Source: Perkinsela sp. CCAP 1560/9 (lineage: Eukaryota > Protista > Euglenozoa: Kinetoplastea). Taken from it: a DNA stretch of 64,000 bases. Position numbers and translations under genes: made by a program. This document shows, piece after piece, positions 11,693 to 23,593 of this stretch. A model generated the notes under the pieces. The model did no database searches. It was not told where the DNA came from and saw only the letters and a list, made by a program, of their open reading frames with translations. The stretch lies in assembly GCA_965644495.1 (NCBI GenBank), contig CBFFSA010000007.1:620001-684000 (forward strand), in the 5' to 3' direction. Position 1 is the first letter of the stretch; every line of letters starts with the position of its first letter.

Positions 11693-12129
11693 GAAGAAGA
11701 AGAAGAAGAAGAAGAAGAAGACACGGAGGGCTCTGCAGGGCCAACCGTTAGGGTAAAGTCTCAGGCCACCGACCTTCATCGTCTTGCTACCCCCTTCCCA
11801 GACGGCACTCGACGCCTTGCGGCCCGAGCACGGCTACCCAACCGTAGCTACCAGGACGGGCGCCCAGCCCTTTGCATCGTGTAGGCTGTGTCTCAAGCCC
11901 CCCTTGCGTAGGCAGCTCGCAATTTAGCGGCTGCGCTGGAGCCTGGTTCAGCTCGGCGGTTCCGGGTCGGTCCTCCAGGGGAGCGGGGTTGGGTGTGGGC
12001 CTCGAAGGCACTCCTGATCGCTTTCCCTTTTTAGTGAGGCCGCCAGGTTGCGAGTTTTGTCGATAGCGGGAATCGAACCCCCAACCTGCAGGTTGTAAGG
12101 CCCACCGTCTACCAACTACGCCCGCACCT
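11693..12129 (-). mobile_element. SINE family 2: tRNA-Val(TAC)-derived head, (TTC)n tail, 121-bp flanking direct repeat
   Basis: Minus strand reads GGCGTAGTTGGTAGACG (A box/D arm), CTTACAA anticodon loop and GGTTCGATTCC (B box). Acceptor stem is broken. (GAA)n at 11693-11720. 11572-11692 is repeated at 12130-12250. Confidence 0.7.
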
Positions 12130-12299
12130 TGATGCGAGTCACGTAACTTGCCAATGGAAGGTGGCTGGTTCATCGGACCAAGAAAAGCCTGCCCGTCGGA
12201 CAAAGGGTGGAGGTCGGAGCGAATATGGCAAAGATTTCTCTATGTAACTAAAAAAAATTGGAACTGAAGGTATGGTGCTTTGGGGGCGCTTGTTCCCGA

Positions 12300-12363
12300 C
12301 AGAGCTGTATAACATACAAACACTGTCGAATGTGCTAACTCTCTGGCCAAGAAGCGTTTGAAA
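12300..12363 (+). pseudogene. Short Merlin transposase fragment
   Basis: HTNTVECANSLAKKRLK, almost the same peptide as in the 5055-5534 fragment. Confidence 0.6.
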
Positions 12364-12628
12364 GCATCTCCGCATTAGTCGTTTAGCGCTGAATAAAATC
12401 ACTTTTCCGAAACCCATTCCGAGCTTGAATTCGGGCATATGTTGCACATTGAAAATGAAAAACGGCACTTGTCAGAAGATCTGCACAAACATACCACCGC
12501 ACAAACATACAAAGCGCCCCATCACCGACGAGCCCCCGAATCATCACACACCCCCAAACACGCGCACGCACACACACCTCTTCCCACACCCCACCCACGC
12601 CCCACCGCCACCACTTTCCACCACTTAG

Positions 12629-13014
12629 GGCGGAGGTGGCGGAGTGGCAAGAACTCAAAGTTTGAAGCACATGGTGCTCAGACGGCGAGTTCAAACCCGC
12701 TCATCGCGTTATTCTTGGCGGCCTCACTCTAAGAGGCTGGGCTGATAACCGACTAGGCCCAGTACTCGGAGGACCGTCCCGGACCCTACCCTCAGGGAAC
12801 CAGCTCCCTTACCCGGCTTACACCTCTTGGGTGAGCCGTGTTGACGTACAATTCGACGACGCAGCATGTTGGCAACAGCACGTTGGTGCCGCCTTGGAAA
12901 AGCGGAAACTGGTAGAGGACGTCGGGCTCTGAACTTCCAAATCTGTCTGTGAAGGTTCTGGCTTGCCAGTGACCATCCGGAGCAATCCGGAATGATTTGG
13001 ATTTTTTTTTTGGA
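12629..13014 (+). mobile_element. SINE family 1, full-length copy with tRNA-derived Pol III promoter
   Basis: A box TGGCGGAGTGG at 12637-12647; B box GAGTTCAAACCC at 12687-12698; 3' hairpin TCCGGAGCAATCCGGA; GGATTT/T-rich tail. Confidence 0.8.
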
Positions 13015-13410
13015 TGGCCACTGGCAAGCCAGACCCTTCACAGACAGATTTGGAAGTTCAGAGGCCGAAGTCCTCTACCAGTTTCCGCTTTTCCATGGCG
13101 GCACCAACGTGCTGTTGCCAACAAGATGCGTCGACGAACTGTACGTTAACACGGCTTCCAAATCCAATCAAAATCCAAATCATTCCGGATTGCTCCGGAT
13201 GGTCATTGGCATGCCAGACCCTTCACAGACAGATTTGGAAGTTCCGAGGCCGACGTCCTCTACCAGTTTCCGCTTGCCCAAGGCGGCACCAACGTGCTGT
13301 TACCAACACGCTGCGTCGACGAACTGTACGTCAACACGGCTTCCCCAAGAGGTGTGAGCCGGTAAGGGGGCTCGTTCCCTGAGGGGAAGGCCTGGGACGG
13401 TCCTCCAAGT
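13013..13410 (-). mobile_element. Two tandem partial SINE family 1 copies (13013-13160, 13161-13410), inverted relative to 12629-13014
   Basis: Direct sequence identity to the SINE body in opposite orientation. Confidence 0.8.
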
Positions 13411-13828
13411 CCCCCGTCTTTCCTTTACTACCAACCACCAGTTAGGTTGGTCCTAACACGTGTTAGGCGTTTAATCAATTTGGCACATGAACCAACCAAC
13501 CAACCAACACTGAGATGTTAGCCCAGTTAAAGGATTCAAAAATTTCCCCTAAATATTTCCACCCTCAAAATATCAACACAGAACACACTTACAGAAAATT
13601 TTTCAAAAACAAACAGACTTTCAATTTCAAGCCTCCTAATCAATCGATCTCTATGAACCATTAGTACTTAGCTTTTGAACACTATAAGACAACTCACCGT
13701 CGCAATCACGTCAGCGAACGTAATTCTTTAATTCACCAAATCTGATGGTAATTAACTTAAATATAACAGAAGCATAGGCTCCAATAGCATCTCTCAAAGT
13801 TAAGTCAAGGAAAGTTAATGTCGTAAGG

Positions 13829-16468
13829 CTAATTCTCCCGCTTATTTCCATGCTTTTTTACATCAATTATACTCTTGTCTTTTCCTTTAGCTGTAAAACA
13901 AGGTTTTTTCTTTGATGTCCTTTTCACTCTCTTTTGTGACTCCTTTTCTTTTTCTGGTTCACTCTTTGTCTGGGATGATGATAAGTCCAAACTTGTATCT
14001 TTTAGACGCTTCATTTGCGGTTTATTTCGTTTCACCTCAATGCTTACGTTCGAATTGGTTATCTGTGGGGGGCTGGAAATTAAGTTGATACCCTTTGTCT
14101 TCTTATGTAAAGAAGCTTTGCGTATGGGAGATTTCGTCCTCTTTTCATTTATTCGAATGCTCCGTTTGGGTTGTTTCGTTGAACGTGAATCGTTTGAGTT
14201 TTCCGACAAAGGGGGCCCCGTAGATACAGGTACTGCTCTTTGGTTTGTGCCTTTTCTAGTCCTCTGAGTTTTAAGACATCTTGAGGTATTATTTTGCTCT
14301 GATTTCCTCTTTGCATTGCCGTGCAATATATCCCCATAGTATTTTATAGCTAGTTCATTTCCTTCCAGCTTGCACGCCTTTTTGGCTAAATAATCTGCGG
14401 TATCGTTGTACATATTTTCATTGTGTGATTTGACCTTGATACAGTAGAATTTTTTAGTATGTTTTGTACTGTAGTAAGCGTTTTGAAGGGATCGCATTGC
14501 TTCGCACCCTTTGAATGAGTGGAACCCAATGAGCCGATACCGATGCACAGTTTCGTGGAAGAAATCCCATATGTACTCTGAATCCGTGTGAAGTATTACA
14601 TCTCCCTCGTAGTTGCTAGCCAGAGAAATTGCCTCGACAACAGCATATGCCTCTATAGATTGTATGGAATCACAGAATTTTTCCGGAGGTCTTGTCCCGT
14701 AGAATAATGTACGTTCGTTGTTTCGTATTATTACTATGCCGCATCCTTGGAGTTGTTTCTTTGTACCCGGAATGAGCGACCCATCCGTATATAAGTGTGT
14801 TTCCGAGTCGCTTATGGGAAAAGGGGTGCTACTTTCTTCCACGTACTGTAGAGTTTGATAGTCCTTGTTTTCCAATATCTTTTTAATACTTTTTTCCCAA
14901 GCAGGAGAACAAGACTTTGTGTAAGAAGGCCGTGGTTCCAGCTCCACCTGTAGTTTTTCCAGTTTCTTCCGCCATGTGGGGCGATCTTGTCCAAGTTGTA
15001 GAATTTCAGTAACATCAGAGTGTAGTTCGTGGGCACACCGTTCGGACAATGTTGGTTTAGAGGCCTCATCATTTGTTCTCCATAGTACTGCTGTAGTAAA
15101 CGGTGTAGGATGGCGCACAAGATGCCCTATTAAGGAAGCTCTCTGTGTCTTAATTACTGTTTCCGGTTTTAAGTCAGTAGGATAAAGCGATTCCGTTCTG
15201 AGATGAGAGTCACAAGCACTTTTTACGCCAAATACAATTCTGCGCATTCTATTTACTTGAACTTGAATATCGTGAAGTTCTGCCTGATTGACATTCCATG
15301 TGCCAGGGTTGTAGTACACGACGGATTGAACGAGTGTTTTGAAAATTTGAAATTTGCAATGAGAGGAGATAGAGGACTTCCATATGGCGCGAAGCTTGTG
15401 CATTACACCCCATCCTAGTCGCAGTCTTTCCTTGGGGGACGTACAGGTATCCTCGGTGTTCTGCGTGCTGCCAAGATATCTGTACTTTTGTACTCTAGGA
15501 ATTTCCCCTAATCCGTCTATTTCTAGTGCGGTATTATCATCCTTCACCTTTCCAAGTGTCATCCAAGCCGTTTTCTGTGGACCAACATTGATTTTAAGGT
15601 TTGCCTTTTCTGCTGAAGCACATAAATTGGTAAGCATGATTTTTAATTCAGGTTTCGTTGCAGCAAACAATACAATATCATCCGCGTAATCAATGTCAGA
15701 AATTCTCAGTTCTTTGAGTCCTCGACTTTTTGTCCCGGATGTGTGCGTTACCAGCCCGAGCTTGTTCATGTCAATAGCCTCTACCAAAATTCGGTCCAGA
15801 ACCATAACAAATAAGTAAGGAGCTAGAACATCTCCTTGAAGAGTGCCGCTTACAATAGGAAAATCTTCCGTTGTTCCGTAAGGGGTCCGTACATGAGATC
15901 GAAGATTTTTGTAAATTGACATCACAGCTGCACTCAGTTTTGGAGGTATTTCAAAAGCTCGGAGAGCCTCTTTTATGGAGTCGAACGATATTGATGGAAA
16001 GGCTTGCTTGAAGTCTACGAAACATGCGTACACGCCTGTTCCTCTGTGCGATTTGCTTGCAATCTCCATAAATGTTGCCTGCGCGCCTGCTGTAGATCGA
16101 TTCGGGCGGAAACCAAATTGGTTCCCACGGAGAGACTTCTCTACTGCTGGTTGGATGCGGTTTAGGATCATTCTGTTCAACACTTTAACCACATGGTTGA
16201 CAAGGCATATTGGTCTCCAATTTCCCAGTGATTGCAAGTTTCCCTTTTTTGGCAGCGGTACCTGTAATATGGACTTCCAAGATTGTTCCGCGTTCCCAGA
16301 TTCATGAACATCGTTCATTATATCAAGCAAAACAGTTCTCAACTCGCTGTCATCTGAAATTGCTCTGAGCGCCTCGATAGGTATGCTATCAGCCCCAGGA
16401 GCTTTTCCCGATTTGACCCGATTTGGCACATGAACAGTTTTAATGCATATAAAGTGTTCACAGTGCAA
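13829..16468 (-). CDS. Non-LTR retrotransposon ORF: reverse transcriptase + RNase H (5'-truncated, no endonuclease domain)
   Basis: KAPGAD, NWRPICL, QFGFRPNRS, FVDFKQAF, GTLQGDVLAP, YADD and YRYLG; RNase H motifs YTDGS, IEAYA, HTDS, VKSH..N..AD. Confidence 0.9.
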   Translation of the reverse strand: MHCEHFICIKTVHVPNRVKSGKAPGADSIPIEALRAISDDSELRTVLLDIMNDVHESGNAEQSWKSILQVPLPKKGNLQSLGNWRPICLVNHVVKVLNRMILNRIQPAVEKSLRGNQFGFRPNRSTAGAQATFMEIASKSHRGTGVYACFVDFKQAFPSISFDSIKEALRAFEIPPKLSAAVMSIYKNLRSHVRTPYGTTEDFPIVSGTLQGDVLAPYLFVMVLDRILVEAIDMNKLGLVTHTSGTKSRGLKELRISDIDYADDIVLFAATKPELKIMLTNLCASAEKANLKINVGPQKTAWMTLGKVKDDNTALEIDGLGEIPRVQKYRYLGSTQNTEDTCTSPKERLRLGWGVMHKLRAIWKSSISSHCKFQIFKTLVQSVVYYNPGTWNVNQAELHDIQVQVNRMRRIVFGVKSACDSHLRTESLYPTDLKPETVIKTQRASLIGHLVRHPTPFTTAVLWRTNDEASKPTLSERCAHELHSDVTEILQLGQDRPTWRKKLEKLQVELEPRPSYTKSCSPAWEKSIKKILENKDYQTLQYVEESSTPFPISDSETHLYTDGSLIPGTKKQLQGCGIVIIRNNERTLFYGTRPPEKFCDSIQSIEAYAVVEAISLASNYEGDVILHTDSEYIWDFFHETVHRYRLIGFHSFKGCEAMRSLQNAYYSTKHTKKFYCIKVKSHNENMYNDTADYLAKKACKLEGNELAIKYYGDILHGNAKRKSEQNNTSRCLKTQRTRKGTNQRAVPVSTGPPLSENSNDSRSTKQPKRSIRINEKRTKSPIRKASLHKKTKGINLISSPPQITNSNVSIEVKRNKPQMKRLKDTSLDLSSSQTKSEPEKEKESQKRVKRTSKKKPCFTAKGKDKSIIDVKKHGNKREN

Positions 16469-16536
16469 AAAGAATGTCTAGTGGAAATGACGAAAACGAA
16501 GATGAGGAAAAAAAATCAAGTGGTTACGTCCCGGGT

Positions 16537-16680
16537 TCGTTGAGTACTCAAAGAAGTGTACAACAGTTCGTTGAGTTCTTAACGAAGTGTCACCACTTGG
16601 TTGATTAATCAACGAAGTGTTATACACTTTGTTGAGTACTCAACGAACTGTTTTACACTTCGTTGAGTACTTAACGAGTA
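16537..16680. repeat. Merlin left subterminal tandem repeats (~31-32 bp, palindromic core CGTTGAGTACTCAACG)
   Basis: About five degenerate units, mirrored at 19135-19275. Confidence 0.85.
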
Positions 16681-16864
16681 TTTTTGTTCGTGATCGTGAG
16701 TATTCTTTTTGATGATGATGATGTATTCTTTTTACATTCGTTAGGCCCAGGAAGTGCACATTTATATCAAATTTCAAAAGAAAATAATAGAAAGCAAGAA
16801 TAGCAAATATATTCAAGTTTAACGTGTTTTCTTATCAACTATTCGCAAAGAAAGTTAACGGTTC

Positions 16865-18426
16865 ATGGCGCGCGACAACCCCAATCGAATTGAGGACGCG
16901 GAAGATTTGGTTCGCCGTTTTCGTTCTTATATTGATCGTCAGAATCGCAACAGTGAGCGCTTGAGTGGCAACAGTGAGCGCTTTAATCAGGGCGATGGTG
17001 ATGTGCCTTGGGAAGATCAACGAGTTGAAATTCCATCTACGCAAGTTGCTCGTCGCACTTGTAGTGGATGTGTTCCAAATCCAAAAAAAAATCCAAATCA
17101 TTCCGGATCGCTCCGGATGGTCACTGGCAAGCCAGACCCTTCACAGACAGATTTGGAAGTTCCGAGGCCGACGTCCTCTACCAGTTTCCGCTTGTCCAAG
17201 GCGGCACCAACGTGCTGTTGCCAACATGCTGCGTCGACGAACTGTACGTCAACACGGCTTACCCAAGAGGTGTAAGCCGGGTAAGGGAGCTTGTTCCCTG
17301 AGGGGAGGGTCCGGGACGGTCCTCCGAGTACTGGGCCTAGTCGGTTATCAGCCCAGCCTCTTAGAGTGAGGCCGCCGGGAATATTGCGATGAGCGGGTTT
17401 GAACTCGCCGTCTGAGCACCATGTGCTTCAAACTTTGAATTCTTGCCACCCCGCCACCCCCACCATGGATGTGTTGGGTTTGCGTGCGTTCGTTCGTGGA
17501 AAAACTTGCGCCACATTCCTCAAGGCGAGTCCGCCATCGAATGGATGTTAAACAATCATTTGCTTCGACACCCTCGTTGCGAAAAACATGGCCCTGACTA
17601 CATGAGGGAAGTACGCGGAAGACCGCACATAGAAATATGTACGTATCGTGCTGACGATGATCGCAACCCATGTCGTGCGCGAGCGTTTAGATTCTCCCCT
17701 TTTTTGAACAGTCGCCCTGCGGTGGATGTAGACACTCTTCTTCTAATGTGGGGGGAAATCGCGAACAACCTCACGACAGGGCTAATCAGTCGTAACCGTG
17801 GAGTGCGGCAAGGCACCTTTACAAAGTTCCTTCACATGGTAGGTAACGCAGCGTTCCACCAACAGGAAAACACGGATTTTAACTTTTCCAAACTGCAAGT
17901 GGATGAAACATTCATAGGAAAGCGGAAATATAACCGTGGGAAAAGGGTCCGAAAAATAGGATGGTGGTTCGTCACGGTGACAGAAATCGATGATCGGAAA
18001 ATGGGCCGAACACACTGGAAACTGGTAAAGCGCCGTGATCAAGAAACCCTTCTGAACTTTATAACCCCACATCTAACAAGAGCTCGGTCCGTCGTGGTTA
18101 CGGATGAATGGCGAGGGTACTGGAACCTTGGTGATTATTGCCGGCACTTCACTGTAAACCACAGCAAGGAGTTTTTCACTTTGAGGGGCCACCATGCCAA
18201 TCACGCGGAAGCTGCGCATCGAACCATTCAACAATGGACGAAACAGCAACACTACAACTATGGGGCGACATCGATGGACCTTCGGCGAAACGTGGCTCTC
18301 CAATGCGTCAAATATGGCTACGGCAAAACAGAGCGACGAAAATCGTGGCAGACTCGGTTCATTAACATTCTCGAATGCATCTGCACTCATTACGGGTACG
18401 AGGAAATGACGAGCAGTTGGATGTAA
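16865..18426 (+). pseudogene. Merlin DDE transposase interrupted by a SINE
   Basis: QVDETFIGKRKYNRG, VTDEWRGY and TVNHSKEF motifs; 16865-17074 joins 17476-18426 in frame (RTCSGCV|GFACVR) once the SINE and one TSD copy are removed. Confidence 0.9.
17075..17465 (-). mobile_element. SINE family 1, full-length copy with 10-bp TSD
   Basis: TGGATGTGTT at 17065-17074 and 17466-17475; tRNA-like head near 17385-17465; tail at 17075-17100. Confidence 0.9.
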
Positions 18427-19134
18427 GCGATAGCTCCTTCTCATTCTACTTGAGCGAAGACGCATCAATTTCCAGCGAATACATACTAGGGAGTGATGAA
18501 TCGGAATAAATAAGCAGACCTTTTCGTAGAGAAATACACACTACATACTATATCCCAGCGGCGTCCACAGCAACGGTTCTCGTACATAAAATCGTATTCA
18601 AGATTTTCTGTGGTTTTTCTTGGTGTCGCGCGTATTGATTCTTTTCGAATTATCCATAGCATAGTCAGCATTCAAAAATTTATGCATAATATGGAGCAGA
18701 TTTTCTGACATCCAATTCGTTCGTCCACAGCACCGGTTATTTGTACATAAAATCGCATCCAGGATTTTCTGTGGTTTTTCTTGGTGACGCGCGTATTCTC
18801 TTTTTTCCGATATTCTAGAGCATAATAATCAGCTAAATGTTCGTGCATAACGTTTCTGGAGGAAACATCTCGCATTTAATTAGTTTCTTCGATGCAACGA
18901 TTAATTGTAAATCCTGCGGAAGGGGTAAACACAGGTTCTCAGTGCGCGACCCGCGCGCTCCAGCGCGCGGGTCGCCAAAAAATATTATTATGTCCCAGGA
19001 CTAAGCTCACAGTTGGGCCTTGCTTGTGGACTTGGGCTTCGCTCACAGTTGGACCTTGCCTCTGGACAATCCTGGAAGACAACCCTGGAAGTGGCAGACA
19101 TAGGTTCTCAGTGCTTGACCCCGCGAAAACACAC

Positions 19135-19275
19135 TCGTTGAGTACTCAACCAAGTGTACAACAGGTCGTTGAGTACTCAACGAAGTGTCACCACTTGGTT
19201 GAATAAGCAACGAAGTGTTATACAGTTCGTTGTGTACTCAATGAAGTGTAGAACAGGTCGTTGAGTACTCAACGA
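19135..19275. repeat. Merlin right subterminal tandem repeats
   Basis: Same unit as 16537-16680. Confidence 0.85.
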
Positions 19276-20449
19276 ACCCGGGACATAGCCAATCAAGTTT
19301 TTTCTTTTGGGAAAAAAGTCCCCTTTCTATTTTATACACTGCCTAAGGCGAGAGTCAAAGCTTAATACCATACCTTGTTGGTTCATGAACCAATGAAAAA
19401 CCTTTGTACAGTGGTCGTCGGCATAACGTGCCTTTCTCTAGAATGCGCCATTTTTGTTTGTTTTTGCTTATTGTTGTAGCAGTGAAGAGATATCAGTTGG
19501 CGAGCTTGTGCCAAAGATGGAGTCATTTCTCTAAAATGAACAATTTTTCCGAAATTTTTGCGAACGATAAAATATTCTTTTTTTTTTGTTTGTAAAAGAT
19601 GACTCTTTTTTTGGAATCGTTTTTGGGTTTCTTCTACAGTTTATGTACTTACATAACACCGTGAGGGATTGTGTATTCCCTTCTACACATTTTTACATGA
19701 TACACTTTCCTATGGTACATAAATCGAATCATTATGAGCCTTCTTGTAACACACAGGAACATGGCATTCCAATCTGGGTGCGCAAAGCAAATAACTTTCT
19801 TATGAGCCCCATTGCGGGGATAGGGGTGTTGTTCTGCGCAAAACGCCCAATGCCGTCAGTATCTGTAGATATGTTCGGGTTTCAGTGAGTCGCTGTGGGC
19901 TGCTTTGATTCGCTGCGACTAGATGTGAGTATCGCGATAGACGAGTCAGAATCCAGAATAACCAGGTGTCTCCACCCCAAACTCCTATGGCACCCCAGGC
20001 TTGACATCTTGGCGCCCAGCGTACTTTTTTCTTCAGGCAGGTTGTTGGACGGCATAAATCTTCCTCAATGAACTTCGGCTGAGCAGCTCAGCCAGATTCT
20101 CCTGAAAGGGAGTATGCCCGTCCTCTTACTCACTAAGTTGATGATGATGATGGTGATTTGGGTCTTTTGACTCCGAAAAGTTATGGCCCCTCAACTCCCC
20201 AAACGGGTAGTCCGAATACTTCTTGGCAGCAAGCTATGGCTGACCTCCGCTTGGAGAGGAGTGAGGTTTCCAAACATTATTCTCCAATAAAGGGAGCCAA
20301 TAATTAACAGCTCGGATAGGAGGGGCTCGCTACTCCCCAACATGGTTTAACATGTTAAGCCACGACCCTGCCTAACTTTAAATTGTTGTGTGGATACTAC
20401 CCTAGTTTCTTGAAGTCTTGTTTTACTGACGCCGGGTAGTTCCACAACA

Positions 20450-20820
20450 TGGGGGATGGTGGCGGCGAAGGGGTCGGCGAAAGGGGGCGCGGCCGAGAGC
20501 GCGATCGGAGAGAGAGCGCGGCGGGGAGCACGACGGGAAGCTCGGCGGGATCTGCGGCGGGGAGCTCGCGGAGAAGCGCGGCTGGGAGAGCGGCGGGGAG
20601 CGGCGGAGAGGACGAGAAGGCGGGCGAGTAGGCGGCCAGCTGCGGGTGCGCAGGGGGCGAGCAGGGAGCAAGCAGGGTAGCGAGCAGTGCGGCCAGCAGG
20701 CGGAGAGCTGTGTGGCGAGCAGGGGGCGAGAAGGGCGGTGCACGGGGGGCCAGGAGGGCGGCGCACGATCGGGGGAGGGCGGCGCACAAAGGGGGAGGGA
20801 AGGGGGCGGGCGGGTGAGTT
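20450..20820. repeat. G-rich low-complexity tract with degenerate GGCGGGAGC-type repeats
   Basis: Very T-poor, G-rich plus strand; overlapping ORFs are compositional artefacts. Confidence 0.7.
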
Positions 20821-21159
20821 AGCTCGGGAATCTGGGGTCGCTAAGCCCCATCATCCGACAAAAGTCGAATACCCTGACTACCGCATACTTACAAGGATAT
20901 AAAGGGGGGGTCACGAAAAAGGTGGGGGGTCTAAAATTTGTACCGTGCGAGCTTTTGACCTAATTCCTTCAGCATTCAACAGATCTCGAAATTTTAAGAC
21001 TACTGGCACCATTGTTGCCGCCCCTGAAGCTGATATGACGTCATGTTAAAATTTTACTGAATTTTTTACCTGAAAATTCTGCAAAAAATCGGATTTTTAT
21101 CAATTTAGCCCATTAATCTATGAATAAAATACCACTTAACTCTTTCTAACACATCTTTT

Positions 21160-22505
21160 ATGCCGAAAACACTTCGCCGCCAGAGGCGCACCCTCTCGAC
21201 GCAACAAATCACTTATGAAACACGTGTAATTTGCGTCCATGAGGTACAAAACCAGGGACGTTCGATTACAGACACTGCTGCTCTTATGAAATGCAGTGAA
21301 GCAACTGTCTCTCGATGGGTTAAGCGCCGCCGGGAGACAGGAGGGTTAGAACGTATAAAATACATACGTAAGAATGCGATTGATAATGAAGAGTTTCGAA
21401 TAATGTTAGAATCTATTGTAGATGAAGAAAATCAACGTAGTCCCATTGGCTGTCCATCTTGGAGGTTTGTTCACCACCAGATCGATCAAACCAAGTACCC
21501 ATGCTCTCTTTCGTCTGTGAAAAGATCACTGAAAAGGAGCGGGTACATAAGCAGAAAAATGAGGAAAGTTCCTCATCTCACGCCTCAGCAAAAATTCGAC
21601 CGCCTGGAGTTGGCAAATCGTTTGGAGAGGTTCACCCCTTTTCAATACGCCCGTATTCTGTGGACGGATGAAAAGATTTTTAAATGCGGGTACCACTCAC
21701 GCAATATTTGGTACATTTGCAAAAGGTCAGATGAACCCCTTGAGGTACCAAAAGATGTTGAGAAATATTTCGGAGGAAAGGGGGTTCATATTTGGATGGC
21801 GGTGAGCCTTGAATGGGGGGTTCCCAAGGTTCACTGTTTTCATGAGTTTGAGGAGAATGAGACGGTCACTAATGAAACGTTTCTCTCTGAATTGTTCATC
21901 ATCGTATTTGTAACAAATAGAAAGATACCACACAATAACATATTCGTTTCACCAGCGCATATTTCCTTCTGCATATATTACTAATAACACTTTGAACTCG
22001 TGTAATCCAATCCAAAGATAAAATATTTTTTCACTGGGACGTCCCTTCATATAAATCATAACTTCCAACCAATCACTGTCCTACACTGTATACCTTGCGA
22101 TCGGGTAGTACCACGCGGGGACCACCCGGGAGTGGTTTGGGGGATGGTGGGCGGGGCAACTTTCCTTACGCGAATAGGGAGTGAAAGACAAACTACAAGG
22201 TGACAATTGTAATTTTTCTATAAACATATTAATCACATATTAATAGATCATAATAAAATATTATTATGTGCCCCGTAGGGCCAAACATGCCCTCTATAAT
22301 ATAGAAAACCTGCAAATCCTCTTCAAACATTTCTTTTCGTAAACTATAAGCCATGACAAAACGAAATGGTTTCTACAACTGGTTAAAGCGTAAACCAGCG
22401 GCAACAGTGATCATGGATAACGCTCCGGGCCATAATCACGCTCGACGCGTCGGCAGAGACATGGGTATCAGCATTCCTGATTGGCCTGCCAAGTCGCCGG
22501 ATTTA
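21160..22505 (+). pseudogene. Tc1/mariner transposase interrupted by a ~460-bp insertion and 3'-truncated
   Basis: HTH (TAALMKCSEATVSRW), LWTDEK and VHIW; resumes at 22353 with IMDNAPGH...WPAKSPDL. Confidence 0.85.
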
Positions 22506-22783
22506 AAGTTTCGCAAGAGACGTATGCTCCCAGAAATTCAGGCCGAAAGGGCTATGTTGTACCCAAAAAGATTCCAGAAGCTGAAATTGACACTGCTTCC
22601 TCGCGCTCACGTGACGCTTGTTGCGGTTAATCAATAGATTGAGGCGTCAAAAGCGCTCTTCAAGTAAGAGGGAAGCGCGATGTACGAGTGCGGGAGGTCC
22701 GAGGAAACCTCAAAATTTCCGTGCTCCAAATATATCCGGAAGAGGCGGCCGGACTCTGCGGATGATGATGATACCAGCTATTT

Positions 22784-23065
22784 TCAGGAACGCTTCCCCC
22801 ATTGCGATAGGGCGACAGGCCGGGAGCTCGTCAGTAGGGGGGGATTCTCTTTTCGGATTAGCAAAAGTCGGGATGTCGTAAGTTCGTTTCGGAGATCAGG
22901 CTTTAATTTGTTGTTTAGAATGCCTTCCAGGGTCCACACCAGGCATTCGAAGACTTCCGGGATATCCAAGAAAGGGAAAACCAACTCCCGGGTCCATGCC
23001 GATGTACCGGGGGCGTCCCCCCGTGCCATGTGAGAAACTCCGTCTCGGACCTCTTCCTCGTTCAA
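22784..23065 (-). pseudogene. CRE-like reverse transcriptase N-terminal fragment
   Basis: APGTSAWTREL...SRLLLIRK...RPVAL. Confidence 0.6.
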
Positions 23066-23182
23066 TTTAACATCCTTCGTTGGGCGGATAGCTAGGTCTG
23101 GTATAACCCCATCCTATTCTAATAGACCGATTTTCATCGGTTAAGAGCACTTCCGTTTTTGTTTTCAAAAAAACAAAAAACT

Positions 23183-23593
23183 TTACAGGTTTTGTGCACC
23201 TGCGAGAGCCAAGGTGTCTTGCCTTATCATTGTATACTGTATGTTCCCGTTGTGCGATTTCACTTTGCACAAGTAACACCTTTTATCTCTTGCCTGGGTA
23301 GTTCGTATTTCGAGATCTAATTTCTCTGGTGTAAAGTAGCCTTTTTTGTGGAATTTTTCCGCTACCCGTAGCGCGACGTCCGGGGGAAGAGGAGTTCGTG
23401 AAGAGTCGAGCGCCCGTGCTGCTCTGCCAAGTGCGCGTGCTATTGCCAATAGATCAGCTCTCAGTGTGCTCGATATCGGGCTCTGCATCCTTTTCTCTGT
23501 TTGCTCGTGAAAAGTTGGTTCCATAGAAGTGCTTCGGTAGCGTATTTCATGTGCCATGGCTCTTTCACTCATATGCTGTCGAGTAAGTAACAT
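23183..23593 (-). pseudogene. Degenerate retroelement RNase H fragment
   Basis: RADLLAIARAL and YLCKVKSHNGN resemble the RNase H motifs of the other retroelements here. Confidence 0.45.

Larger units (their letters stand above)
16522..19290 (+). mobile_element. Full-length Merlin (IS1595/ISXO2-like) DNA transposon
   Basis: TIR GG(T/C)TA(C/T)GTCCCGGGTTCGTTGAGTACTCAA; perfect 8-bp TSD AATCAAGT (16514-16521, 19291-19298); internal transposase. Confidence 0.93.

Noticed and set aside
12056-12129. Functional tRNA-Val(TAC) gene
   Set aside because: Acceptor and anticodon stems pair poorly, and the sequence runs into a SINE-like body and tail.
16537-16680. CRISPR-like palindromic repeats (also 19135-19275)
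   Set aside because: Units are tandem with short related linkers rather than unique spacers, are mirrored at both Merlin ends, and no cas genes are present.
20347-20902. Overlapping Pro/Arg/Ala-rich ORFs
   Set aside because: Artefacts of a G-rich low-complexity tract that lacks stop codons.
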